This document shows positions 20,553 through 30,002 of a DNA stretch of 64,000 nucleotides, piece by piece. The notes under the pieces were generated by a model that searched no databases, was not told where the DNA came from, and saw only the letters and a list, made by a program, of their open reading frames with translations. The stretch comes from an uncultured delta proteobacterium. Lineage in GTDB: Bacteria; Desulfobacterota; Binatia; JACPRU01. The first letter of the stretch is position 1, and every line of letters starts with the position of its first letter. The DNA lies in the NCBI GenBank assembly GCA_963745025.1, contig CAVUWD010000016.1, forward strand, positions 544,001 to 608,000. The letters run 5' to 3'. Made by a program: the position numbers and the translations under genes.

Positions 20553-20837
20553 CTACTTCTTCGCGCCGAGTACGGCTTCCTTGAAGCTCTTCGCGACGCT
20601 GAAGCGGACTTTCACGCGCGCGGGGATCTTGATCGGCTCGCCGGTTTGCGGGTTGCGCCCCATCCGGGCGCTCGTCTTCCGCTTCTTCCACCCGCCGAGG
20701 TTCGGGATCTTGACCACATCCCCTTTCTTCACGGCACCGATGATCATGTTGACCATCTCAGTCAGAACGGTGTCCGCCTGCTTCTTCGACAATCCCGACT
20801 GCTCCGCCAGCTTTGCCACGAATTGCGACTTGGTCAT
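20553..20837 (-). CDS. hup: HU family DNA-binding protein
   Basis: MTKSQFVAKLAE...ARMGRNPQTGEPIKIPA..VRF; GGAGG upstream. Confidence 0.93.
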   Translation of the reverse strand: MTKSQFVAKLAEQSGLSKKQADTVLTEMVNMIIGAVKKGDVVKIPNLGGWKKRKTSARMGRNPQTGEPIKIPARVKVRFSVAKSFKEAVLGAKK

Positions 20838-20866
20838 GCCCCACCCTCCGTCCAAAAAGTTGCGCG

Positions 20867-20895
20867 ACATTAGGTAGCGGTAAAATCTTTGTCAA
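20867..20895 (-). promoter_or_regulatory. sigma70 promoter of the HU gene
   Basis: Minus strand TTGACA-17 nt-TAATGT, 30 nt upstream of the ATG. Confidence 0.7.
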
Positions 20896-20972
20896 GGAGT
20901 TTCTTTCCCTCGTCCTTGTCCCATGCGGCTCAGCGCAGCAGCGAAGCCTTGACTTCCGACCCGCTTTCAGGG

Positions 20973-21926
20973 TCACGCGCTGGCGCGCGGCGTCTGACGG
21001 TAGCCGAGATACACGGCCCCACCTGCGACGCCCGCGAGCATCACGACGGCGAACCAGGTGAGCGCGAACGCGATCGCCGACTCCCGGGAGATGCCGATGT
21101 GCGCGAGGAAGAATACGTATCCACCTTCGCGAACGCCGAGGCCGTTCATGCTCACGGGGATCGCCGCCATGATGTTCACCAACGGCCCGAGAATGAAACA
21201 GTAGGACCACGGCACGGCGAGTCCGAGCGCCCGCGTGAGGATCATCAAGACGCCGATCTGCGACAGGTGAAACATGAAGGACAACGCGCCGATGTCGATC
21301 AAGAGCCGACGGTCATTCCAGTACGGGTGAAGGTCCTGCTCGACGAGCCGACGCAGGCGGTTCTCTCGGGGCAACACCGCCGGCAGCACCCGCGGCAGCA
21401 GCCGCCAGCCGCCGAGCAGCGTGGAGGCCAGAACGATCACCCCCCAGTAAATCCAGGCCGGCAGGTCGTAGTGGTGAAACAGCACGAGCGCTCCGAGCGC
21501 GATTGCGAGCAGCACCGCGAGACCGCTCACGCGGTCCGCCACGACGGTATTGAGGGCGAGCCCGCGCCGACCGTCCTGGCCCGCGAGATAGAGGGCGCGC
21601 ACCACGTCCCCCCCCACCGTGCCGAAGCCGAACGCGTTGAAGAACATGCCGATGAAGTAATACGCGATGAAGCGCGGCAGACTCGCGCGGAAGCCGACCG
21701 CGGAAGCGAGCCGGCGCCACTTGATCGCCGAAAGCAACTGCCCGGCGAGGTAGAGCGCCAGCGCGGCGCAGAGCAGCGCGCCGTCGGCGTGAGCCAGGAA
21801 GCGGCCGATCTCCGCGAAGTCCACACGGCGAGAGAGATACACGAGCAGACCGGCGCTGACGGCGATCTTGATCCCGAGCTTCCAGGAAGTCGCCGCCGCG
21901 CGCGCCCCGAATTCTTGCGCAGGCAC
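20973..21926 (-). CDS. LPG-synthase-TM / UPF0104 flippase-like membrane protein
   Basis: SAIKW, YFIGMFFN..GTVGGDVVRA, DRVSGL and IPVSMNGLGVREG. Confidence 0.85.
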   Translation of the reverse strand: MPAQEFGARAAATSWKLGIKIAVSAGLLVYLSRRVDFAEIGRFLAHADGALLCAALALYLAGQLLSAIKWRRLASAVGFRASLPRFIAYYFIGMFFNAFGFGTVGGDVVRALYLAGQDGRRGLALNTVVADRVSGLAVLLAIALGALVLFHHYDLPAWIYWGVIVLASTLLGGWRLLPRVLPAVLPRENRLRRLVEQDLHPYWNDRRLLIDIGALSFMFHLSQIGVLMILTRALGLAVPWSYCFILGPLVNIMAAIPVSMNGLGVREGGYVFFLAHIGISRESAIAFALTWFAVVMLAGVAGGAVYLGYRQTPRASA

Positions 21927-22034
21927 ACGCGGCTTCTATCGGGAACGCCGCGAAATGAAAACGTGCACTCCGCGTAAGGCCAGTGTAAGGCTTCAGTTTT
22001 TGCAAGAACTCACCAAGGCCGTCGCACAACGATC

Positions 22035-22202
22035 AGCGCGCGTGTTTGTGTTCGAGCCGTACTCGGATCGAACACAAACACGCGCCACCGCGCGAAGCGC
22101 GGAACGGTTCGAGCCGCGCCTTGGGTATCGCGTTCCGCGCTTCGCGCCGCGGCGTGGGTTGGCGGTCGACCCGAATACGGCTCGACCGCCAACCCACGCG
22201 CT
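22035..22202. other. Structured intergenic element with three long perfect hairpins
   Basis: Stems 22038-55/22068-85 (18 bp), 22090-106/22131-147 (17 bp) and 22152-69/22182-99 (18 bp), each checked base by base. Confidence 0.85.
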
Positions 22203-22313
22203 CTTCCTTGTTCCGCACAGTGCGGTAGCCGTCCTCCGGCAGAAGCTGAGGCCCTACCACCCCGGCTCGCGCCGCGGCTTGGCAGTGCCCGCGAGTTGGC
22301 CTATAGCTCGCGC

Positions 22314-23810
22314 ATGAGCATGGGCCGGACGCTCCGGCGAATCGCGCTGGTCGAGCCTCCGTACGTCTTCTGGGATCGGAGAATGGATCGGCTGCGCCAG
22401 ACCGAGGAATCGATTCCGGGAATCGGCATGCTGGTGTTGGCGGCCGTCGCGCGGCGCAACGGATACGACGTCGCGATCTTCGACGCCAAGGGCAGCGGCG
22501 AGACGCCGGGCGGCGTCGCGGATCGCATTCTCGCGTTTCGACCGGACGTCGTCGGCTTCTCGGCGACCACGATCTCCATCACCAACGCGGCGCGGATCGC
22601 CGGGCTTCTCAAGCGCTCCGTACCCGAGCTCGTCACGGTCGTCGGCGGGCCGCACGTGAGCGCAGTTCCCGAACGCACGCTCGCCGCCTTCCCGAATCTC
22701 GACTATGCCATCATCGGCGAAGGCGAGATCTCCTTCTTCGAGCTTCTCGAACGTCTGCGCTGCGGGCGTGCGATCGAGGGGTGCCCAGGCCTCGTCCATC
22801 GAACGCCTGCGGGTGAGATCGTCGCCAATCCGCGGTCCCCCTACCTCACCGATCTCGACGCCTTGCCGCTCCCGGCCTGGGATCTCGTCCGCGGATTTCC
22901 GCACGGCTTCCATCCGTCGCTCTTCAGCTACCGGAGGTCGCCGGTCGCCACGCTGGTCACGAGCCGCGGTTGTCCCTTCTCGTGCTCGTTCTGCGACCGC
23001 TCCACGTCGGGCAAGCTCGGCCGTTACCACACCACGGAGTCGGTGCTCCGCCACTGCCAGCACCTCGTCGACTTCGGCGTGCGGCACATCATCTTCTACG
23101 ACGACCTCTTCACCGTGAAGAAGAAGCGCGTCGTCGAGCTCTGCGAGGCATTTCTCGCGTGTGGTTTCGATTTCACTTGGAGCTGCAACAGCCACCCGAA
23201 CCTTCTCGACCCGGACACGCTGCGGCTGATGAAGCGGGCGGGTTGCTGGCAGATCGCCTACGGAATCGAGTCCGGTTCACAGCGGATCCTCGACGTGGTC
23301 AAGCGCGAGGTGAGTTTGCCCCGAATGCGCGAGACGCTGCGCATGACCCGTGCCGCCGGCATTCGCGCCAAGGGCTACGTGATGATCGGTCACCCGACGG
23401 AGACGTTACAGACGCTCGAGGAGACCGCGGAGTTTCTCAAGATCGTCGAGCTCGACCTCTGCCAGGTGACGAAATTCACCCCGTACCCGGGCACTCCCGC
23501 CTACTCGACGATTCGCGAGTTCGGCCGCTTCGACGAAGATTGGGAGCGGATGAACGCCATGAACTTCGTGTTCATCCCGAGCGGTCTGAACGAGGAAATC
23601 CTCGAAACCTACTTCCATCGTCTCTATTCGATCTTCTACTGCCGGACCGACGTTCTGCGCGGCATCGCGCGACTGGTCGCGGAGGAGCCGCGCTTCCTCC
23701 GCCAGCTCGGCTCTTCGGCCTGGGTCTACTTGAAATCGCAGTTGCCGGATCGACGCTTCCGCCGCGCGATCTTCGGCAAGCGCGTCGCCCCCGAATCACT
23801 TGCCTCCTGA
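22314..23810 (+). CDS. B12-binding domain radical SAM protein
   Basis: N-terminal cobalamin-binding domain (DVVGFS, VVGGPHVS, GEGE), SRGCPFSCSFC, YDDLF, GIESGS and PYPGT. Confidence 0.9.
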   Translation: MSMGRTLRRIALVEPPYVFWDRRMDRLRQTEESIPGIGMLVLAAVARRNGYDVAIFDAKGSGETPGGVADRILAFRPDVVGFSATTISITNAARIAGLLKRSVPELVTVVGGPHVSAVPERTLAAFPNLDYAIIGEGEISFFELLERLRCGRAIEGCPGLVHRTPAGEIVANPRSPYLTDLDALPLPAWDLVRGFPHGFHPSLFSYRRSPVATLVTSRGCPFSCSFCDRSTSGKLGRYHTTESVLRHCQHLVDFGVRHIIFYDDLFTVKKKRVVELCEAFLACGFDFTWSCNSHPNLLDPDTLRLMKRAGCWQIAYGIESGSQRILDVVKREVSLPRMRETLRMTRAAGIRAKGYVMIGHPTETLQTLEETAEFLKIVELDLCQVTKFTPYPGTPAYSTIREFGRFDEDWERMNAMNFVFIPSGLNEEILETYFHRLYSIFYCRTDVLRGIARLVAEEPRFLRQLGSSAWVYLKSQLPDRRFRRAIFGKRVAPESLAS

Positions 23811-23817
23811 TCGGACC

Positions 23818-24540
23818 GTGCGCCGCAAGCGAATCGCGATCTGGGTCCTCGGCGCGGGCGCGATGCTCGCCGCGCTCATGGTGGCGAGGGCCGCCGAATC
23901 GGACGCCGATCGCCGATCCGAGCGCGCCGCGATGGTGGAGCAACAGATCGTCGAGCGCGGCATCACCGAGCCCCGCTTGCTCGCGGCGCTGCTCGCGGTT
24001 CCCCGTCACCGCTTCATCCCGGACGCATGGCAGGCGCAGGCCTATGCGGATGGCCCGCTGCCGATCGGCGAAGGTCAAACGATCTCGCAGCCCTATATCG
24101 TCGCCAAGATGACCGAGCTGCTCGCGCTACGCCCCACGGACCGCGTGTTCGAGCTCGGCACCGGCTCGGGATATCAGGCCGCCGTCGCCTCGCGCCTCTG
24201 TGCGCACGTCTTCTCCGTCGAGATCCAGCCGCCACTCGCCGCGCGCGCCGCGCGCCTGCTTCGAGAGCTCGGTTACGACAACGTGAGCGTGCGCAGCGGC
24301 GACGGCTTTCGCGGCTGGCCCGAGGCCGCGCCGTTCGATGCGATGGTGATCACCGCCGCCGTCCCCGAAATCCCTGACGAGCTCTTGAAGCAGCTCAAGG
24401 CCGGCGGACGCGCGGTCCTGCCCGTCGGGCCGCCGCTCGGCATCCAGGACCTCGTGCTCGTCGAGAAAGGCGCCGGAGGCGAGGCGGTCACCCGGACGAT
24501 CTTCCCGGTGCGCTTCGTCCCGGCGACCGGAAGGCAATGA
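23818..24540 (+). CDS. pcm: Protein-L-isoaspartate O-methyltransferase with an N-terminal signal-like segment
   Basis: VPRHRF, GQTISQP, ELGTGSGYQAA, GDGFRGWPEAAPFD and VRFVP. Confidence 0.93.
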   Translation: MRRKRIAIWVLGAGAMLAALMVARAAESDADRRSERAAMVEQQIVERGITEPRLLAALLAVPRHRFIPDAWQAQAYADGPLPIGEGQTISQPYIVAKMTELLALRPTDRVFELGTGSGYQAAVASRLCAHVFSVEIQPPLAARAARLLRELGYDNVSVRSGDGFRGWPEAAPFDAMVITAAVPEIPDELLKQLKAGGRAVLPVGPPLGIQDLVLVEKGAGGEAVTRTIFPVRFVPATGRQ

Positions 24541-24549
24541 TTCGCGGCT

Positions 24550-25002
24550 CTACGGCGCGCGGACGATCTCCACTTCCGCCCGTACGGCGCACGCCACCGA
24601 ATTGGCAATGAAGCAGCCGTCGTGGGCCGCCTCGACGAGCGAGCGCGCCTTCGCTTCATCGGCCGATCCCGAAATCGTGATGCGGGGATGAAGGACCACC
24701 TCGGTGACGCGCATCTTTCGATCGGCGATCGCGAGCGTCGCGTCCGCGCCGTCCTCGTAGGCGACGACCTCGATCCCGGCGCGCGAGGCGAGGGCGAGAT
24801 AGGTGAGCATCTGACAGGAAACCAACGAGGCCAAGAACAGCTCCTCGGGATTCAACTTGCTCGGATCCCCTCGGTACTGCGGCGCCGCGGACACTTCCAC
24901 CGCCGGTCGTCCCGCGAACTCGACCCGGTGATTCCCGGTCGCAACCCCCTCGCCGCCCTTCTTCCAGGTCAGATGCGCATGGAATGCATGCTGGATCGCC
25001 AT
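24550..25002 (-). CDS. OsmC/Ohr family protein
   Basis: GGAGG RBS; NPEELFLASLVSC...AHDGCFIANSV. Confidence 0.88.
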   Translation of the reverse strand: MAIQHAFHAHLTWKKGGEGVATGNHRVEFAGRPAVEVSAAPQYRGDPSKLNPEELFLASLVSCQMLTYLALASRAGIEVVAYEDGADATLAIADRKMRVTEVVLHPRITISGSADEAKARSLVEAAHDGCFIANSVACAVRAEVEIVRAP

Positions 25003-25040
25003 CGGCACCTCCCGTTGCGAGCAGCCTAGCGCCTGTCCTA

Positions 25041-25117
25041 CCTCGCTCCCGTTGGTCGCGAGGCTGCTCCGGTAGAATGTTCGGCCGGAGCTGACCTCGC
25101 GAGCAACGGGAGCAAGG
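25041..25117. repeat. Inverted pair of family A repeats forming a long hairpin
   Basis: GCTCCCGTTGGTCGCGAGG..GCTCCGG-loop-CCGGAGC..CCTCGCGAGCAACGGGAGC. Confidence 0.8.
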
Positions 25118-25238
25118 CCCAACAATCGCTAAGCTTCGACCACTCAGCCTGGCACACTAGCATGTCCCGCGCTACGTCTCGACCAGCAGGCTCCGACGAC
25201 CTGTTGGCAAGCCGCAACACGCGAGATAGATCGAGCGC

Positions 25239-26342
25239 ATGAGCCTCGAGGTCTTCAAGAAGCTTCCGCTCGGCGGTCTCGACCGGCGCGCGCTCGCCAC
25301 TTCGCTCGCCGCGCAGGGCAAGACGATGGCAACCCAGCTCCTCGCCGAGCACCGTGCGACCGTTCGTCCCCAGGGCACGACGATCCGCCCGGACGCTGCC
25401 GTGCTGATTCTCGGCGGATCGAACGGAATCACGCGCGCGCTCGCCATTCAGCTGCTGTTCGGCGAGAAGGCGCCCGTCTACGGTGTTCACTACGACAGCG
25501 AGAAGCTGCAGATCGGCTTCTTCCACGTCCAGGCGCTCTGTCAAGCCGCGGCCGCGGCGGGTCTGACGGCTCGATTCTGGAACGACGACGCGACCCGGCC
25601 CGCGACCGTCGAGGCGGTCGTCGCCGAGCTTCGCCAACGTCACAAGGTCGTCCATCTCATCAATGGCATCGCCGCGGGCGCCACCAAGCGCTACGCGCAG
25701 CACGGACCCACTCGGGTGAAGGATCTCGACGTCGCGTTTCACCCCGTCCTGCAGGTGCCGGACTTCTCCCGCCCGGAGAACGTTCGCAGGCTCGGGCTCG
25801 TCGACGTGGAAGTCGCGACCGACGCCGACATCGAGCGCACCAATCGGTTCATGGGCACCTCGTCGCTGCTGTGGGCCGAGGCGTTGGCCGGCGCGGGGCT
25901 CCTGGCCGCGAATGAAAGCGTCGTGGCGTTCTGCGACTACGATTATCCGCCCGACGATCCCGTGTACGCGATGGGCCCGCTTGCGGGGGCCAAGAACCTC
26001 CAGCGCGAGACGATGGGCGAGATCGGCCGCCGCTTCGGAGCGCGCGCGGCGCGCCTGTGCTATCCGGCGATGGCGACGACCGCGCTCGGTGCGATCCCCG
26101 GCGGCCTCCTCATGTATGCGCTCACCGCCGAGCTTCTCAAGGAGCGTGGACAGTACAAGGACCTGCCCGAGCTCGCGGCCGAGTCGATGGAAATCTTCCG
26201 CGGCTCCTGGGACGGTCGAGAGCTCCGGCTCGATCGCGCCTACCAGGAGTGCTTGCCGGAATTCTTCGCGCGCAGCCGAGCGCTCGAGCCGGGCGATCTG
26301 CCGCAAGCGCTCCATCTGCTGCTCTCTCCTTCGCCGAAATAG
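25239..26342 (+). CDS. Divergent FabV / trans-2-enoyl-CoA reductase-like protein
   Basis: VLILGGSNG Rossmann motif; VEVATDADIERT..FMG...WAEALAGAGLLA block; Y-X8-K (YAMGPLAGAK). Confidence 0.65.
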   Translation: MSLEVFKKLPLGGLDRRALATSLAAQGKTMATQLLAEHRATVRPQGTTIRPDAAVLILGGSNGITRALAIQLLFGEKAPVYGVHYDSEKLQIGFFHVQALCQAAAAAGLTARFWNDDATRPATVEAVVAELRQRHKVVHLINGIAAGATKRYAQHGPTRVKDLDVAFHPVLQVPDFSRPENVRRLGLVDVEVATDADIERTNRFMGTSSLLWAEALAGAGLLAANESVVAFCDYDYPPDDPVYAMGPLAGAKNLQRETMGEIGRRFGARAARLCYPAMATTALGAIPGGLLMYALTAELLKERGQYKDLPELAAESMEIFRGSWDGRELRLDRAYQECLPEFFARSRALEPGDLPQALHLLLSPSPK

Positions 26343-26408
26343 CGGAGCTGCGAGCCGCTCCGCAGCAGACTCGCTTGACTCGGCGCATCTGCGGAGGAAG
26401 TTTGGTCC

Positions 26409-29400
26409 ATGCGTTGCCTCACCTGCGGCACCGAGCTGATCGCCGGCGCGAAGTTCTGTCATGCCTGCGGCGCTGGCACGGCCCAGACGTGCCCGAGCTG
26501 CGGCTCGCCGATCCGCCCGGAATTTCGTTTCTGTCCGCAATGCGGCTTCGCCTTGGCGGCGACCACCGGCGGCCCCGCCACCGAGACTCCCGCGTCGACT
26601 TCCTCGCCGGCTCCCTCCGAGGACCGTTTGGGGCGCCTCGCGCGCCACATCCCGGAGGACCTGGCGCAAAAGATCCGCGGCATCCAGGGCACGATCGCGG
26701 GGGAGCGAAAGCTCGTCTCGGTGCTGTTCTGCGATCTCGTTGGCTCGACCGCGCTCGCGGAGCGCATGGATCCCGAGGAATACCGCGATCTGCTCGACCA
26801 GTACCTCGAGCTCGCGTTCCAGCAGATCTATCGCTTCGAGGGCATCGTCAACCAGCTCGCGGGCGACGGTCTGATGGCGCTGTTCGGAGCGCCCGTCGCG
26901 CACGAGGACGCGCCCTACCGCGCGGTGCGGGCCGCCTGCGAGATCCAGCTGGCGCTGACCGAGTTCAATCGAGCGCTTCCCGCCCGGCGCGGCTTCGAGC
27001 TGATGGCACGGATCGGGATCAACACCGGGCCTGTCGTCGTCGGCACGGTCGGGAACGATCTCAAGATGGACTACACGGCGATCGGCGACACCACGAATCT
27101 CGCGGCTCGCCTGCAGTCGCTCGCGGCTCCCGGATCGATCCTGGCAAGCGAATCCACCTATCGTCTGGTCCGCGGCTTCTTCCAGGTCCAGGCGACCGGT
27201 CCGTTCGCGATCCGCGGCAAGGCCGAGCCGGTCAACGCCTACGAGATTCTCGGCCGTAGCGAGATCACGACGTCGCTCGGCGCCGCGGAAGCCCGCGGCC
27301 TGACGCCGCTCGTCGGTCGCGACGAGGAGCTGTCGCAGCTCGCCGACTGCTTCGCGCGCGTGCACGGCAGCTTGCCGCAGGTCGTGACCGTCGTCGGCGA
27401 TGCGGGAAGCGGAAAGTCGCGTCTCCTCTTCGAGTTCCGGCAGAGTCTCGCCGTCGCGCCTGTCGTGTTCTTCGAGGGACGCTGCTCGGCCCTGAAGCAA
27501 AAGATCCCCTACGCGCCGTTTCTGCTCATGCTGAAGCAGTTCTTCGCCATCCGCGCTGCCGATTCGCCGACCCGCACCTGCGAGATGATTGCCGAACGGG
27601 TGCGCGACTTCGATCCGCGCCTCGACGAGATTTATCCCTTTCTCTGCCGGATGCTCTCCGTGAACACGGACGACCACACGGTCGCTCAGCGGCCGGCCGA
27701 TCTGCCCCCCGACGAGATCAAGCGCGAGACCTTTCAAGCGCTCGCCGACCTGGTGGTTCGCGTCAGCGAGCGCACTCCGGTCGTGCTCGTGATCGAGGAT
27801 CTCCACTGGATCGACGAAGCATCCCTCGAGCTTCTCGAGCTCGCCGTGGCGCAGCTCTCCCGCTCCCGCGTGATGATGATCTTCACGCATCGCCCGGACT
27901 TCCACACCACGTGGCGCTCGCAAGTATCGTTCACCCGCCTGTCGCTGCGCGCGCTCTCCGACGACGAGACGCTGGCGATCGTTCGGGCCGTCGCCGCCGG
28001 GCCTCTGCCGCCCGATCTGGAGGTTCGGATTCTCGCCAAAGCGGAAGGCAGTCCGTTCTTCGCCGAGGAGATCACGCGGGCGCTTTTCGAAGAGGGATAC
28101 GTCACGGTCGAGGGCGGACGGGCCCGACTCACGCGGCCAATCGAGGAGGTATCGCATCCCGGGAACCGTGCAGGAGGTGATCGCGGCGCGCCTCGACCGG
28201 CTCGGCGCGCAGGCCAAGCGCGTCGTCCAGGTCGCCTCGGTGCTCGGCCGCCAGTTTCACCGCCATCAGCTCGTGCGTTTGCTCGAGCGAGGGCGTCGAC
28301 GTGGCGACGATCCTCGCCTAGCTCGAGAGCCGTGGAATCCTGCATCGCAAGAACGTGCTCTCCAACGACGAGTTCCGGTTCGGCGAGAGCCTCACGCAGG
28401 AGGTGGCCTACGATGGTTTGCTGCTGAAGCGAGCGCCGGCAGATCCACGAGCGGATCGGTTTGCTTGCTCGAGGCCGATCCGAACGACGGGAACGCGGAG
28501 CGCGTCGCGCTGCTCGCGCATCATTTCTCGCGTAGCGACAATCGCCGAAAGGCGCTCGGCGCGCTGCTCGCGGCGGCGCGCGATGCCGAGCGTTTGCCGT
28601 CCTATCCCAGCGCGACCGACTTCTATCGTCAGGCCTGGCAACTCGGTTACGCGTCGCTCGCCGAGGGAGCCGACGTCGACGATGACTTTCGGCGCCTGAC
28701 GTTGAGCGCGGCGCTCGATCTGTGCCGCATGGCCGTCGTGTACGGCGCGACCCCCCAGTCCGTCGACGTCGAGAACGCGGCGCGGGTCGGGCGCGATCTC
28801 GCCGAGGCCCTCGGCGACACCGAGGCCGCTGCGGGCTTTCGCGCCTACCACGGCATGATCGCCATGAGCGGCAGCCGCGAGCGCTTCGCGGAGGGGCTCG
28901 CGCTGGTCGAGAGCGGATACACCCTCGCGCAAGACGGCGGCCTGCCTGGCGCCTCGCTGATCGCCCGGGCTCTCGGCTTGAGCTACCTGTACGACGGGCA
29001 GATCGAGCGCGCCCGGCGGGTCAGCGAGTGCGTGCTCCGCCGGCTCGACGAGACCGGGCACCGCGAGCGCCTCAGCGACCTCTACTTCTCCGCGCTGTGG
29101 ATGCAGAACGCCATGCTCGTGTACGGCGGCGACGACGTCGCCGCCGCCATCGCCGACGCGCAGGCCGGCTACGATCTGGCGGTGCGAGCCAATAACCGCA
29201 CCTTTCGCGGCGGCATGGCCTCGGTACTCGCCCAGCAGCATTTCATGCGGGGCGACTACGCCGAGGCGAAGCGATGCGCCGATCAGAGCCTCGAGATCGC
29301 CGAGGTGATCGGCAACGTGACGGCGATCCGCGCGTCGGCGGCGGTGGCGCTCGGTGCGCGGCGCGAACTGGGCGAGAGCGTGACCCCCGAGCGCTACCTC

Positions 29401-29862
29401 CGTCCGCTTGAAGACGGCTTCGCGATGGCGAGCAATCTCTCGCTCCAAGTCCGGCTGATCGTCGACGTGCTGCTCAGCGTCGGCGAGTTGGCACTCGCCG
29501 AGCGGGCCGCCCGCCTCGCGTACGAGCGGGCTGGCGGCCGCCTGCGCGACATGCTGGCGCGCCAGGCGCTCGGCGAGGTGCTCACGCACCTCGGCACGGC
29601 ACACCACGCCGAGGCGGCCGCTTGCTTCGAGCAGGTCGGAGAGGTGGCCGCCGAGATCGGCCTGCGGGCGATAGCCGCGCATGCGAAGCTCGGCCTCGGA
29701 CGCCTGGCACAGCTCGGCGGCGACCGCGCGGGCCGCGACCGTCACCTTCTCGATGCGCGGGCGACGTTCGCGGACCTGGGCCTGCGGCGCTACGCCGAGC
29801 GTGCCGAGCGCTGGCTCGCCGACCTCGAGCCGGTCGTCGGCGCGCTAGCCGAATCCGCCTGA
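26409..29862 (+). CDS. Double zinc ribbon + class III adenylate/guanylate cyclase + AAA ATPase + TPR-like protein (frameshifts around 28150-28470)
   Basis: Four CxxC, FCDLVGST, AGDGLMALFG, GDTTNLAARLQ, LVGRDEE, GDAGSGKS and EDLHWID; continues as VQEVIAARLDRL in another frame. Confidence 0.88.
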
Positions 29863-30002
29863 GCCTGAGACCGACGCCGCCGCGCGTAAGTCCCGGCGTG
29901 GATGTCGTCCTTCGCCTTGGCACCGTTGGTACGTGCCTTTTTCGCCGGGTTCGCCACGTGGGGAGTCCATGCCATGGATGGGGATGGACATGGCACGGGC
30001 TT

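Noticed and set aside
22203-22313. Possible cobalamin riboswitch upstream of the B12-radical SAM gene
   Set aside because: Only small hairpins (CCGCA-cag-TGCGG; GGTAG...CTACC); the B12-box consensus is not recognisable
25038-28217. 1059-aa minus-strand ORF, and similar long ORFs at 29622-31868 (+), 42135-44453 (-) and 582-1769 (+)
   Set aside because: Antisense shadows of real high-GC genes; no recognisable motifs
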